From a virus (taxonomy: Duplodnaviria; Caudoviricetes): a stretch of DNA of 50,624 bases. The stretch covers positions 1 to 50,624 of the IMG/VR virus record IMGVR_UViG_3300030392_002118; one strand, given 5' to 3'. Under the pieces are notes generated by a model, which was not told where the DNA came from, ran no database searches, and saw only the letters and a list, made by a program, of their open reading frames with translations. The position numbers and the translations under genes were made by a program. Below, in pieces: positions 8,788-17,286 of this stretch. The first letter of the stretch is position 1. Each line of letters begins with the position of its first letter.

Positions 8788-9312
8788 ATGAAAACAAAAG
8801 TAACATTTTTAATTATTGCAACGGCCGTAGTGCTGTTAATGAACGTGCAGCTAGTAACTGCCCAGTTTCGGTTGGGGCAGACCGAAAGTTTTGCCGTTTC
8901 GCTCTATGTAGATCCCGGAGCCAGCCATAAGGAAAAAGGTCTGGACATTGGGGCAGATATAGAATACAATGGCCCCATTTATGCCCGTGCCGGTTTTGAA
9001 AGCTTTGAAGCTTTGCCCGGTGGCTATTTTGACATTCACGGGGCAGTAGGTCCGCGCTTTACCATTGGCAGCCAAGAGCGCATAGCACTTTATATAGGCG
9101 GTCGCGTGGGCGTAGCTTGGCGCAATGGAGCACACGGCAACGCCATAGGTGGCGCAGAGGGCGGTGCCGAATATACCTTCCCCTCCGGAATATTCCTGGG
9201 CGTAAATGGATCCTACATGTATCGGGGAGATATGAAGGCGATGCAGTGGCCAGAAATTTGGCGCGAGAATTTTTATATAAAAATTGGATACCGATGGAAC
9301 TGGAGACAATAA
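8788..9312 (+). CDS. Outer-membrane beta-barrel protein with signal peptide
   Basis: Sec signal ending VTA-Q; alternating Gly/aromatic beta strands; C-terminal FYIKIGYRW. Confidence 0.75.
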   Translation: MKTKVTFLIIATAVVLLMNVQLVTAQFRLGQTESFAVSLYVDPGASHKEKGLDIGADIEYNGPIYARAGFESFEALPGGYFDIHGAVGPRFTIGSQERIALYIGGRVGVAWRNGAHGNAIGGAEGGAEYTFPSGIFLGVNGSYMYRGDMKAMQWPEIWRENFYIKIGYRWNWRQ

Positions 9313-9448
9313 AAAGCAGAAAATTTTGGATAACGGGAACCCATCCCATAGTGGGTGGGTATCTCTCCAGCGGCGGTTCTACATCAAACTCAAAGCAGTT
9401 TCACGAGCGCCATTTAAAAATGAAAGTTAAACCTGAAAAAAAGTGGTT

Positions 9449-10045
9449 ATGAAAATAAAACCAATATTATTTAGTACGCCGATGGTTCAAGCCATTTTAG
9501 ACGGACGAAAAACGCAGACCAGGAGAATTGTAAAAGATAGTATGCTGCAAGAAAATGAAAATGAATTTAAAGAAGAGGAATTTCTGAAGGCAACAATAAA
9601 AAAACCTATAAATAAAGGCGACATCCTTTGGGTTCGGGAAACTTGGTTCCCTACAAGGTATGATTTTAAAGAACTTTTACAATCAGGAATCACTTCATTA
9701 TCAAAAGGAAATATTATAAAATACAAAGCTGATAATGATTATGACCCAATAAAAGACTGCGTGGGAAGATCTTGGAAACCCTCCATCTTTATGCCCAAAG
9801 AAGCCTGCCGTATTTTCTTGGAAGTTGTAGATGTTCGCGTGGAGCGGTTGCAGGATATTTCTGAAAGTGACGCAATTGCTGAAGGAATTAATCCAACAAG
9901 CGGTGTAGTAAGTGCTAATCACGCAAAGAATTGTTTTCAATCTTTATGGCAAATGATCAATGGAACTCAATCTTGGCACGATAACCCCTGGGTTTGGGTG
10001 TATGAATTTAAGCAAGTTGAAAAACCAAAAAACTTTTTAAAATGA
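9449..10045 (+). CDS. ASCH/PUA-like conserved phage protein
   Basis: KPILFSTPMVQAILDGRKTQTRR...GDILWVRETW...WKPSIFMP...NPWVWVYEF. Confidence 0.8.
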   Translation: MKIKPILFSTPMVQAILDGRKTQTRRIVKDSMLQENENEFKEEEFLKATIKKPINKGDILWVRETWFPTRYDFKELLQSGITSLSKGNIIKYKADNDYDPIKDCVGRSWKPSIFMPKEACRIFLEVVDVRVERLQDISESDAIAEGINPTSGVVSANHAKNCFQSLWQMINGTQSWHDNPWVWVYEFKQVEKPKNFLK

Positions 10046-10161
10046 CAGAACTAGAAAAAACATACCGGAACATAGGCTTTATAAAAGGTCTGGCTATTGG
10101 TTTCGCCCTGGGCGCCGCCTTTGTATGTGCCCTATTTTATTTTAACCCTTTAAATTTTTAA
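10042..10161 (+). CDS. 39-aa single-TM peptide (not in the ORF track)
   Basis: MTELEKTYRNIGFIKGLAIGFALGAAFVCALFYFNPLNF; ATGA overlap. Confidence 0.55.
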   Translation: MTELEKTYRNIGFIKGLAIGFALGAAFVCALFYFNPLNF

Positions 10162-10495
10162 TAACGATAAAGTATAACAAAAGTTAATGGTATGAAAATG
10201 ACAGACCAATGGGGAGTTCCCTTAACATCTTTAGAATTACAGAGATTTCTAAAGTATATAGATAATAATAGATTGGCGCCAAATACAATGACAAAGGAAG
10301 CAAGAATACAACTTGTTTGGGATTGGAAGAAATTAAATTAATTTTTGTTATACCGTGTTGTGTGTAGTGCTTAATGTAGATTTATGTAAAAATTTACAAT
10401 AAGGAATTTGCTATTATACTTTTATTACCTTTTTTGCATTACGCACAACACCAAGCTAAACGCCGTTTTAATGGCGCTTTAGCAACTGTTATCAA
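10158..10495 (+). repeat. Two attC-like imperfect palindromes
   Basis: AAC...GTT outer ends with inner L-like IRs; detailed in findings. Confidence 0.55.
10192..10341 (+). CDS. 49-aa hypothetical protein enclosed by a 17-bp inverted repeat
   Basis: MKMTDQWGVPL...WDWKKLN; bounded by IR arms 10172-10188 and 10337-10353. Confidence 0.5.
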   Translation: MKMTDQWGVPLTSLELQRFLKYIDNNRLAPNTMTKEARIQLVWDWKKLN

Positions 10496-10504
10496 TACCC
10501 AACC

Positions 10505-10540
10505 AAAAATCCCTGCAATATTCCCCTGCAGGGATTTTTT
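10505..10540. terminator. Bidirectional intrinsic terminator ending the early operon
   Basis: AAAAATCCCTGCA / TGCAGGGATTTTT perfect 13-bp stem between convergent genes. Confidence 0.85.
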
Positions 10541-10576
10541 ATTTTTAAATACGCGCCGTATGGCCAGCGAGCGGCC

Positions 10577-10768
10577 CTAATTGTTTCTCCAGGCATAAAT
10601 ATACTCTTCCGGAAGCAGGCGTTCGGCAATGGGATAAAATCCCTTTCCCGGTATCCAGTCTGCTTTACATATACGGTCCTGCCCGACTGTAGTTTTAATC
10701 TTTACCTCATAAATACCCTTGCCCTTCGGCTGGGCATCCTCAAGGTCTATAAAGTCCGTTTCTTCCAT
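10577..10768 (-). CDS. Small antisense-oriented hypothetical protein (moron-like)
   Basis: 63-aa ORF with its own -7 box TATTTTTG (10795-10802, minus) and the terminator at 10505. Confidence 0.7.
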   Translation of the reverse strand: MEETDFIDLEDAQPKGKGIYEVKIKTTVGQDRICKADWIPGKGFYPIAERLLPEEYIYAWRNN

Positions 10769-10883
10769 TTTATAATGCGGTTTTGGTTACATATCAAAAA
10801 TACTAAAAAAGCCACTCCCGCCCCCACGTGGCCACCTCTTGTTTTTCCCCTTTTCCCCCAATTCATTCAAAGGTCAAAAAAAA

Positions 10884-11098
10884 CTGTAATTCTGTAATAA
10901 ATCACGACAAACCCCGAAAACACTAAGAAAAAAGATTACAGAATTATATTCAAACTGTAATTTCAATTACAAAAAAACTGTAACTACTATTGGGGATTAC
11001 AGAATTGCAAATTTCACTTTCAATAAGATTACAAAATGATTGTAAGCTTCAAAACCCTATAAAATCTACTATTAGCATCTTTAATTACAGAATTACAG
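10884..11098. repeat. Iteron-like array B (CTGTAAT / ATTACAG)
   Basis: Perfect 15-bp IR CTGTAATTCTGTAAT (10884-10898) / ATTACAGAATTACAG (11084-11098) enclosing at least 6 internal copies. Confidence 0.7.
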
Positions 11099-11127
11099 AA
11101 TTTTTCGGAGTTTTGGCAGTTATGTCG

Positions 11128-11181
11128 TATAAGTCAATCTTAACCCTGTCATTGACTTATAAGTCAATTTTACTATCTTTA
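11128..11181 (+). promoter_or_regulatory. Promoter with an 18-bp palindromic operator
   Basis: ATTGACTTATAAGTCAAT 11151-11168, extra half-site 11128-11138, -7-like TATCTTTA 11174-11181. Confidence 0.6.
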
Positions 11182-11197
11182 CCCAAACATACCTGCT

Positions 11198-11698
11198 ATG
11201 GATCTGCTCCAAAAACCTACACTCTTTCAAAACGTCTGCGAGATTCAGCTTGCCACACAGGCCGTTATCAAGCCAGCGCCGTTTGGTAGCCTGCAGCCTT
11301 TTAGCAATACGTATGTAGATACCACTACTGCCGTGCCGGTGCATTTTGGCCGTAGCTCCGTAGCCTTGGCGCAGGAAGGAAAATCCACCATAGCCGGAAT
11401 GCTCTATGAACAGCAGCTAAAACTGCGCTTCCCAAACAGCGACCTATTGCAGAGCGCGCGCATCCAGGAATACCAAAAAGTAAAATTTGTGTATGTAAAA
11501 ATGAGCGATGGGCTGGTATTCTTCTTAGGAAGAAACGACTATTTCCAAAATGCGCCAATTGTTTCAGAAATAAAGAATACCCCCAACATTGTAGAAATAA
11601 CCTACAAAACAACTTCCATTTTTCCGATTGGCCTTACCAATGGCGCTGCAGATCATTTATTGGGAGAAGATATTCCTATTAACTTTTTCAATCTATAA
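11198..11698 (+). CDS. Hypothetical virion-associated protein
   Basis: First gene of the tail-fibre-like block; beta-rich. Confidence 0.6.
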   Translation: MDLLQKPTLFQNVCEIQLATQAVIKPAPFGSLQPFSNTYVDTTTAVPVHFGRSSVALAQEGKSTIAGMLYEQQLKLRFPNSDLLQSARIQEYQKVKFVYVKMSDGLVFFLGRNDYFQNAPIVSEIKNTPNIVEITYKTTSIFPIGLTNGAADHLLGEDIPINFFNL

Positions 11699-11701
11699 AA
11701 A

Positions 11702-13015
11702 ATGCCGGCACCCGCAAATCCATTTCCGCTAAACATAGATTCCAAGATTGACAGCTGGGGCAAACTGCAGATTCTGCAGCACATCCATCCTTCCCTAAAG
11801 CTCACCGCCGACGAAATAAATAAAATGATACAGGCGCTGGAGTATCTTAACAACAACACCGTTACTGGTGGCTATTCCGGCAACGTACCGCTAAAGTTGA
11901 AATTTGTTTCCGTGGACCACAGCACGCCCGGTTCTTTGAGCAGTAAGGTAAAAACGGTTGTAAACGCCGGAGCCAATTATGTTTTGGCAGACGGCTATAC
12001 GCAGTGGTTCTATACCCATAGGGTAGTGCTTACCAATGGCCCCGGTATTTTAAGCACGCCGGGCGGGCCCAGCTACGCGGTAATCACCGAATATTTTTAT
12101 CTCAATAAAAAAATCCCGCTCATAAATGGCGTGGCCTCCTTGGGCGTGGGCGGTACCGAAATAAATACAGGCGACCTCGTACCCCTCCCTGCTCGCGATA
12201 CCCGAAGCTTTGCCCCCACAACCTTTGATTTGGGAAATATAGGCGCCAGCACCATACACGCCGCCGTAAGCGCAGGCACCGACCGCAGTACGCCCAATAC
12301 CGCTACCATTGTTTTTACGGCCGTGCAAAATGGCGAAAGCAAGGCGTGGCTCTATTTGGGCCAGCAGGAAAACGTAGGTGCCAGCTTTCCGGCACTTACG
12401 CCAGCCGATTTTCGAATCTTCCCTGCAGATGGAAATGGTACAGATCCTGCCCCGCCACCTGCCCAGCGTATCTATAAGGAATATGACGATATAGATGAAC
12501 TACTGATACGCCAGCGCGAGCAGACTGGTAATGAGCTTATATTGGTGATAGACGCCGTAGCCGATACAAATATTTATTTTGCGCCCGGACAGACCAAGCG
12601 ATGGGCACTCTATAGATATTTAAAGACTACAAACGGTACGCTTGCCGATTACCGATTTTTGGGTGCGCCCTACGCTACTACCAAGCCCAAGCAAACCATA
12701 AAGTCCGCAAATTTCACCCTCGACCCCGTGGACCAGGATAGCACGATAATAAGCGAGGGAAAGATTTGCACGATTGACCCGATAACAAAGACCTATCCAG
12801 CCGCTTTTACGGTGGCTATGAAAAACGATGCTGGAGACACCAATTTAGTTATAGTACCAAAAACGGGATGGAGCTACCAGCTTAACGATGCCGATGCTAT
12901 ATCACTTACAACAGGCGGTTCTAACGTTACACTTTCTTGGGTAAAGGGCGGAACGTGTACGGTAATTTTGAAAGGTTCAACTAATAAAATTATGATAGAT
13001 GGCGGGGTTGAATAA
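11702..13015 (+). CDS. Tail fibre/adhesin-like structural protein
   Basis: G/T/A/P-rich beta protein; N-terminal KLTADEINKM anchor-like segment. Confidence 0.6.
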   Translation: MPAPANPFPLNIDSKIDSWGKLQILQHIHPSLKLTADEINKMIQALEYLNNNTVTGGYSGNVPLKLKFVSVDHSTPGSLSSKVKTVVNAGANYVLADGYTQWFYTHRVVLTNGPGILSTPGGPSYAVITEYFYLNKKIPLINGVASLGVGGTEINTGDLVPLPARDTRSFAPTTFDLGNIGASTIHAAVSAGTDRSTPNTATIVFTAVQNGESKAWLYLGQQENVGASFPALTPADFRIFPADGNGTDPAPPPAQRIYKEYDDIDELLIRQREQTGNELILVIDAVADTNIYFAPGQTKRWALYRYLKTTNGTLADYRFLGAPYATTKPKQTIKSANFTLDPVDQDSTIISEGKICTIDPITKTYPAAFTVAMKNDAGDTNLVIVPKTGWSYQLNDADAISLTTGGSNVTLSWVKGGTCTVILKGSTNKIMIDGGVE

Positions 13016-13883
13016 ATTGCAGATGCAGGTTTTTGGGAGAATTGATACAAATGCACCCAGCATTTACAGCGATGCAATTGCTGTATTTTCATTGCGAAAA
13101 GTTTTTCATTGGACAAACGCCGTGTTAAAAGTTAGGCGAAATAGCGACAATGCTACAAAATTTGTTTTTTTTGATGATGAAGGCAAAATTTCTCTCTCTT
13201 CCTACGTAAGTGATTCAAATTCATCACAAACCGAAATAAATTTCGGGTCTTGGGTGGGCGAAAACAGTGCATTTGTAGAGGAATGGCTATCTATGAAAAG
13301 TGATAATATTATTGGCGCAACCCCTTCGCAGACAATAAATTCTTTACAGCCAAGAATTGTAGATTCCGGGGTATTGGAAACTAAAAATGGAGAAGCCGCT
13401 ATTAATTTTCTAAACACACCCGGGGTTGGCTTGATTTATGGCTCGGTAATTTTTGACATCAACAGAACGGTGCTAACTGTGTCAGCTACTAACGGAGGTG
13501 CTTACAATTTTATTTTTGGAACTTGGCATAATGGATTAGAACGATTTATGCTTTGTAATTCCAGAGATAACGGAAGACATTTCATGTTCACCAATTCGGA
13601 TAAATTATTATTAACAACCGCAAATACTAATAATAATCAAAGATTACTAACAGCGTTAGTCACTTCTGACCAATACAAAGGTTGGAGGAATAACATTAGT
13701 CAAGGAGTTTTAAACCGAACAGGGACTTTTAATAATGGAGATTTCAATATCGGCATACAATTTTCGGGAAACTCATTTACTTATAACGGCACAATTCAGG
13801 AAATAGTTGTTTTTCCCACCGATAAAACAGCAGATTTAACTACACTTCACGGAGATATTAATTCTTATTATTCTATATACTAA
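12999..13883 (+). CDS. LamG/arabinofuranosidase-B-like lectin domain protein, probable receptor-binding
   Basis: AVFSLRKV...VLKVRRNSDNA and QPRIV...YNGTIQEIVVF motifs. Confidence 0.7.
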   Translation: MAGLNKLQMQVFGRIDTNAPSIYSDAIAVFSLRKVFHWTNAVLKVRRNSDNATKFVFFDDEGKISLSSYVSDSNSSQTEINFGSWVGENSAFVEEWLSMKSDNIIGATPSQTINSLQPRIVDSGVLETKNGEAAINFLNTPGVGLIYGSVIFDINRTVLTVSATNGGAYNFIFGTWHNGLERFMLCNSRDNGRHFMFTNSDKLLLTTANTNNNQRLLTALVTSDQYKGWRNNISQGVLNRTGTFNNGDFNIGIQFSGNSFTYNGTIQEIVVFPTDKTADLTTLHGDINSYYSIY

Positions 13884-14317
13884 TGAAACTAAAAACCCTA
13901 ACCCCCATAACCATAGTCCAAGCCCGAATCTTTGAGGACGAGCAGGGATTCAAAGGCATAAAAAAAGAAAACATTTTCAGCCAAGAAGACTGCAAATGGG
14001 AGCTGGAAGTTACCGAGCGCAAAATGGAAAATGGATTTTCCGCCAAAGTGCAATGGTTCCAGATTCAGCAATATGAAGATGTAGATGAAAATGGCAACCC
14101 CATTACAAGAGAGCTTTCCCGATTAATGTACAATGAAAGATTCGTCCTTTCCCGTGCCGAAGTAGATGGAATGTTCAACCAAATGGGGATTTCCATAATT
14201 CCCAACCAAGATAGTTTCAGCGAGAAAGTAGATGAAATTATCCTTAACGGCATCATCTATTGGGTAGGCGTGGTAAGGCAGATTTTCGGCCTTGACACCA
14301 GCGGCTTTGAGGAATAG
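13883..14317 (+). CDS. Hypothetical protein, possible fibre chaperone; may be truncated by frameshift
   Basis: 144-aa ORF; an open -1 frame continues 14314-14481. Confidence 0.6.
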   Translation: MKLKTLTPITIVQARIFEDEQGFKGIKKENIFSQEDCKWELEVTERKMENGFSAKVQWFQIQQYEDVDENGNPITRELSRLMYNERFVLSRAEVDGMFNQMGISIIPNQDSFSEKVDEIILNGIIYWVGVVRQIFGLDTSGFEE

Positions 14318-14488
14318 ATGCCAATAGGCCAGCGCCCGACCAAGCAAAAGCATCGCAAAAAGATGACTTGGAAGTTTCGGTAGATGATATTAAAGCCGCC
14401 GAAAACTTTACAGAAAAAATATCAGGCTTTACCAATGTGCTCGAAACGCCAGAAGAAGTGAGATCCCGAAAGAAAAAATAAACCCACA

Positions 14489-15052
14489 ATGCCCCAAACC
14501 CTAATCCCCGTACATATAAAACCGCACCTGGTTCCGTTTCTATTCAAGAAACTGAAGTGTGTGGAATGTACCTATGAAGGTCGGGCAGTTAAAGCGGCTA
14601 AAGTTGGAAATAATAATACCCTGGGCAGGATTGTTAGGCTTCTGTTAGAAAAATCACAACAAAAAGTTAACTGTGACAAAACTTCCCAAACTTTTTTTTT
14701 GGTGCAGGATTACGCGAAACCAGTGGGATTGATGAAGAATGTGTACAAATACGAAGACGGACGTTCCGGATTTTTATTCATTCCTCCCGCTGGTGAGATG
14801 CTGATCAATGAATATTTAGAGGAAGAATTTGAAACTGCCAGTATGTATTTCATCCACGCGCGCCATCAAGCCGAGGGTGAAGGCAGTTTAGATTCCGCAA
14901 TTGTGGAATTCTTTGAAAAATATGATCTGGAGGAATTCAACTACAACATTCTCCGCATTCGCCGTGCCTACTACCGCAAGTTGGAAAGCGGCTACTTCAG
15001 GGCGCGGGTAAAGTACAATCCCATCAGCAACAAGCTGGAGGCTGGCGCATAG
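14489..15052 (+). CDS. Conserved phage protein, candidate late-gene activator
   Basis: Ends 1 nt before the first TTGTCACA promoter; helical, basic C-terminus (RIRRAYYR); function inferred from position only. Confidence 0.5.
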   Translation: MPQTLIPVHIKPHLVPFLFKKLKCVECTYEGRAVKAAKVGNNNTLGRIVRLLLEKSQQKVNCDKTSQTFFLVQDYAKPVGLMKNVYKYEDGRSGFLFIPPAGEMLINEYLEEEFETASMYFIHARHQAEGEGSLDSAIVEFFEKYDLEEFNYNILRIRRAYYRKLESGYFRARVKYNPISNKLEAGA

Positions 15053-15089
15053 TTGTCACAGCCGCCTGGCTTGCACTCCTTTACATTTA
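15053..15089 (+). promoter_or_regulatory. Late promoter 1 (lysis)
   Basis: TTGTCACA-N21-TACATTTA. Confidence 0.75.
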
Positions 15090-15114
15090 CCCAAAAATAA
15101 AAGGAGCCCCTGCA

Positions 15115-15546
15115 ATGAAATTGAAAATAATCTTTATATACATCTGCGCTTTTAGTTGGGGCGCACTGTATGCAAATCCACTAATTGATGCCTATGAGGG
15201 ATTGGAGCCAATGGCAACAAAATTTTTGGTAATGGGCGCGGTGGTTCCGTTTATAGCAATCTATATGCTCTTCCAAGACGAGAACCAAAAGAACCCCACA
15301 AAATTTGACATAGCAGTTACCGTAGTACTGTCTATGATGCTGGTGTGGATGGGGTACGAAGTAAGCCTGCAAACGGTTATCCCTATGTGGCTTGGGCTTA
15401 TTCTCTCCTTTATTCTTGGACTTTTTTCTTTAAACCTGGTATTGCTTCTCAGAACTAAAATATTTGGAAAGACTGGATTGATAGATCGGCTTTTCAAGGA
15501 ATTGGGAAATTATATAGCTAAAAAATTGGGCAATGGACAAGAATGA
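15115..15546 (+). CDS. Holin-like membrane protein
   Basis: 3-4 TM segments upstream of the endolysin. Confidence 0.65.
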   Translation: MKLKIIFIYICAFSWGALYANPLIDAYEGLEPMATKFLVMGAVVPFIAIYMLFQDENQKNPTKFDIAVTVVLSMMLVWMGYEVSLQTVIPMWLGLILSFILGLFSLNLVLLLRTKIFGKTGLIDRLFKELGNYIAKKLGNGQE

Positions 15547-15901
15547 TATTTTCAGTACAGCAAATGCAGCTTTGCGAAGTTTGCCTGAAGAAATCCACTT
15601 ACTTACGTGGGTGGTGATGCTCGCCCTATACGCACATCTTTTATATGGTGCATTCATAGAGCGAAAAAAATTGAAGTCACACGTGCGCTGGTATCTAAAA
15701 ATCAGGGGTTTTTTAATGATTGGCTACCTCTGTATAAAAGCCGTAGATGTACGCTACGGAATGTTTGACCTCTTTTTGCCGCTTTACATCCTATTCTATA
15801 TTGACGGCCTTATCATCGTGAAAGGCTATATGTTTCACCGTTGCGAGGGTTTTGTAGCTGCTATGAAACGTCTTACAAAATTTACATCAAAAGCCAAATG
15901 A
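15533..15901 (+). CDS. Second holin/antiholin-like membrane protein
   Basis: About 3 TM segments; overlaps both neighbours. Confidence 0.55.
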   Translation: MDKNDIFSTANAALRSLPEEIHLLTWVVMLALYAHLLYGAFIERKKLKSHVRWYLKIRGFLMIGYLCIKAVDVRYGMFDLFLPLYILFYIDGLIIVKGYMFHRCEGFVAAMKRLTKFTSKAK

Positions 15902-16425
15902 GAAAAATAAAAAACATCGTCATCCATTGCACAGCTGGGCATCAAAATGCCGATAAGGTGCAGGATTATTTTACACGTCCGGTTTCCAAAGGTGGCCGTG
16001 GATGGAAAACTGGAGGCTATCACCGCATTATTGAAAAAGACGGGACCATCAAAAAGATGTATGATTTTTCAGTGGTTACCAATGGCGTAAAGGGCTACAA
16101 TGAAAACTCCATCCATATAAGTTACGTGGGCGGCGTGGACATTTTGGACGTGAATAAAGCTAAAGACACCCGCAACATTTACCAAAAGCCAGCCATACAT
16201 ACCTGCATACAGGAAGCCATTCAATGGTGCAAGGATCAAGGCCAGGATATTACCGTAAATCTTGGCGTGGTAGGCCACCGCGATTTCAGTAAGGACAATA
16301 ACGCCAATGGTGTTATTGAGCCTTGGGAGCGAATTAAAGAATGTCCAAGCTTTGACGTAATTCCGGAATACGGATTTATTTATTCCAGCAACGACCGGGA
16401 AGGAAAACTGCCTTATGAAAAATGA
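15898..16425 (+). CDS. Endolysin, N-acetylmuramoyl-L-alanine amidase (T7-lysozyme type)
   Basis: IVIHCTAG, GYH, SIHISYVGG, GHRDF, KECPSF Zn-amidase motifs; ATG 15898. Confidence 0.92.
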   Translation: MRKIKNIVIHCTAGHQNADKVQDYFTRPVSKGGRGWKTGGYHRIIEKDGTIKKMYDFSVVTNGVKGYNENSIHISYVGGVDILDVNKAKDTRNIYQKPAIHTCIQEAIQWCKDQGQDITVNLGVVGHRDFSKDNNANGVIEPWERIKECPSFDVIPEYGFIYSSNDREGKLPYEK

Positions 16426-16505
16426 AGTGGATTGAGCGCACCATATATATTCTTGTTTTTCTGCTTGCAATTTTATTGCTCTACGTAACCTTTTATGTTG
16501 AATAA
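16422..16505 (+). CDS. 27-aa TM peptide in the lysis cassette (not in the ORF track)
   Basis: MKWIERTIYILVFLLAILLLYVTFYVE; ATGA overlap with the endolysin. Confidence 0.55.
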   Translation: MKWIERTIYILVFLLAILLLYVTFYVE

Positions 16506-16507
16506 AA

Positions 16508-17227
16508 ATGAAGGCCAATTTCACCACTCCGGAAAAAACCATTAAGATTCCAGCCTTGCGGATATCTTGGTTGCATGTAGTAGTTGTGGTGTTGGCCCTA
16601 CTTTGGTTCCGAAGCTGTTCAGAAAAGCGAAATCTTGAAAAGAACATCGCGCAAAATGCTGAAGTGCTGCAGGACACCATCCAATATTACACAAACAAAA
16701 AAGGAGAGGAAGTAGCCACACGTTTGGCAATGCAGGGCGAAAAGCAAAGTTTGGAATTGTTACTGGCTTCACAAAAAGACAGTACGCATCAATTAAAAAG
16801 CCTGGTTAAATACTATAAAAAAGTAGCAGCTGCAGTCCGCACGGAAACCATTACGCAGATAGACAGTATCGAGGTTCCTTATTTTATAGAAGGAAATGAT
16901 TTCAATATTCCATTTTCCCTTCAAGAAAAATGGTACGGACTTTCTGGCCGATCCACAAACAAAGGTTTGTTCCTGGATAATCTCACTATTCCAAATCAGC
17001 AGAGCATCGTGATAGGCGATAAAAAAACGGGATTCTTCAAAACCCAGTTTCGCATTGATGTGATCAACAGTAACCCATATATAAAAACTACCAGTGTAGA
17101 TGGTTACAGCCTTACCGAACGCAGAAAGCGTTTAGGAATAGGCGTTTTTGCGGGTTATGGCTTTTCTTCGAGTGGCCTTTCTCCTATTCTTGGATTGGGC
17201 GTTTCCTATAATTTATTTCAGTTCTAA
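16508..17227 (+). CDS. Spanin-like protein (N-terminal TM, coiled coil, C-terminal beta hairpin)
   Basis: TM, then coiled coil, then GIGVFAGYG...LGLGVSYNLFQF; follows the endolysin. Confidence 0.65.
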   Translation: MKANFTTPEKTIKIPALRISWLHVVVVVLALLWFRSCSEKRNLEKNIAQNAEVLQDTIQYYTNKKGEEVATRLAMQGEKQSLELLLASQKDSTHQLKSLVKYYKKVAAAVRTETITQIDSIEVPYFIEGNDFNIPFSLQEKWYGLSGRSTNKGLFLDNLTIPNQQSIVIGDKKTGFFKTQFRIDVINSNPYIKTTSVDGYSLTERRKRLGIGVFAGYGFSSSGLSPILGLGVSYNLFQF

Positions 17228-17231
17228 ATAG

Positions 17232-17268
17232 TTGTCACAGCGGAAGTGTGGAGCGTTTACGAAGTTTG
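17232..17268 (+). promoter_or_regulatory. Late promoter 2 (head)
   Basis: TTGTCACA-N21-GAAGTTTG. Confidence 0.75.
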
Positions 17269-17286
17269 GTGTAAATCATTTATAAA

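Noticed and set aside
10990-11289. 99-aa ORF
   Set aside because: Runs through repeat array B and the promoter, and overlaps 11198..11698 out of frame
11702-14317. Diversity-generating retroelement or invertible tail-fibre switch
   Set aside because: No reverse transcriptase, invertase or TR/VR repeat pair seen
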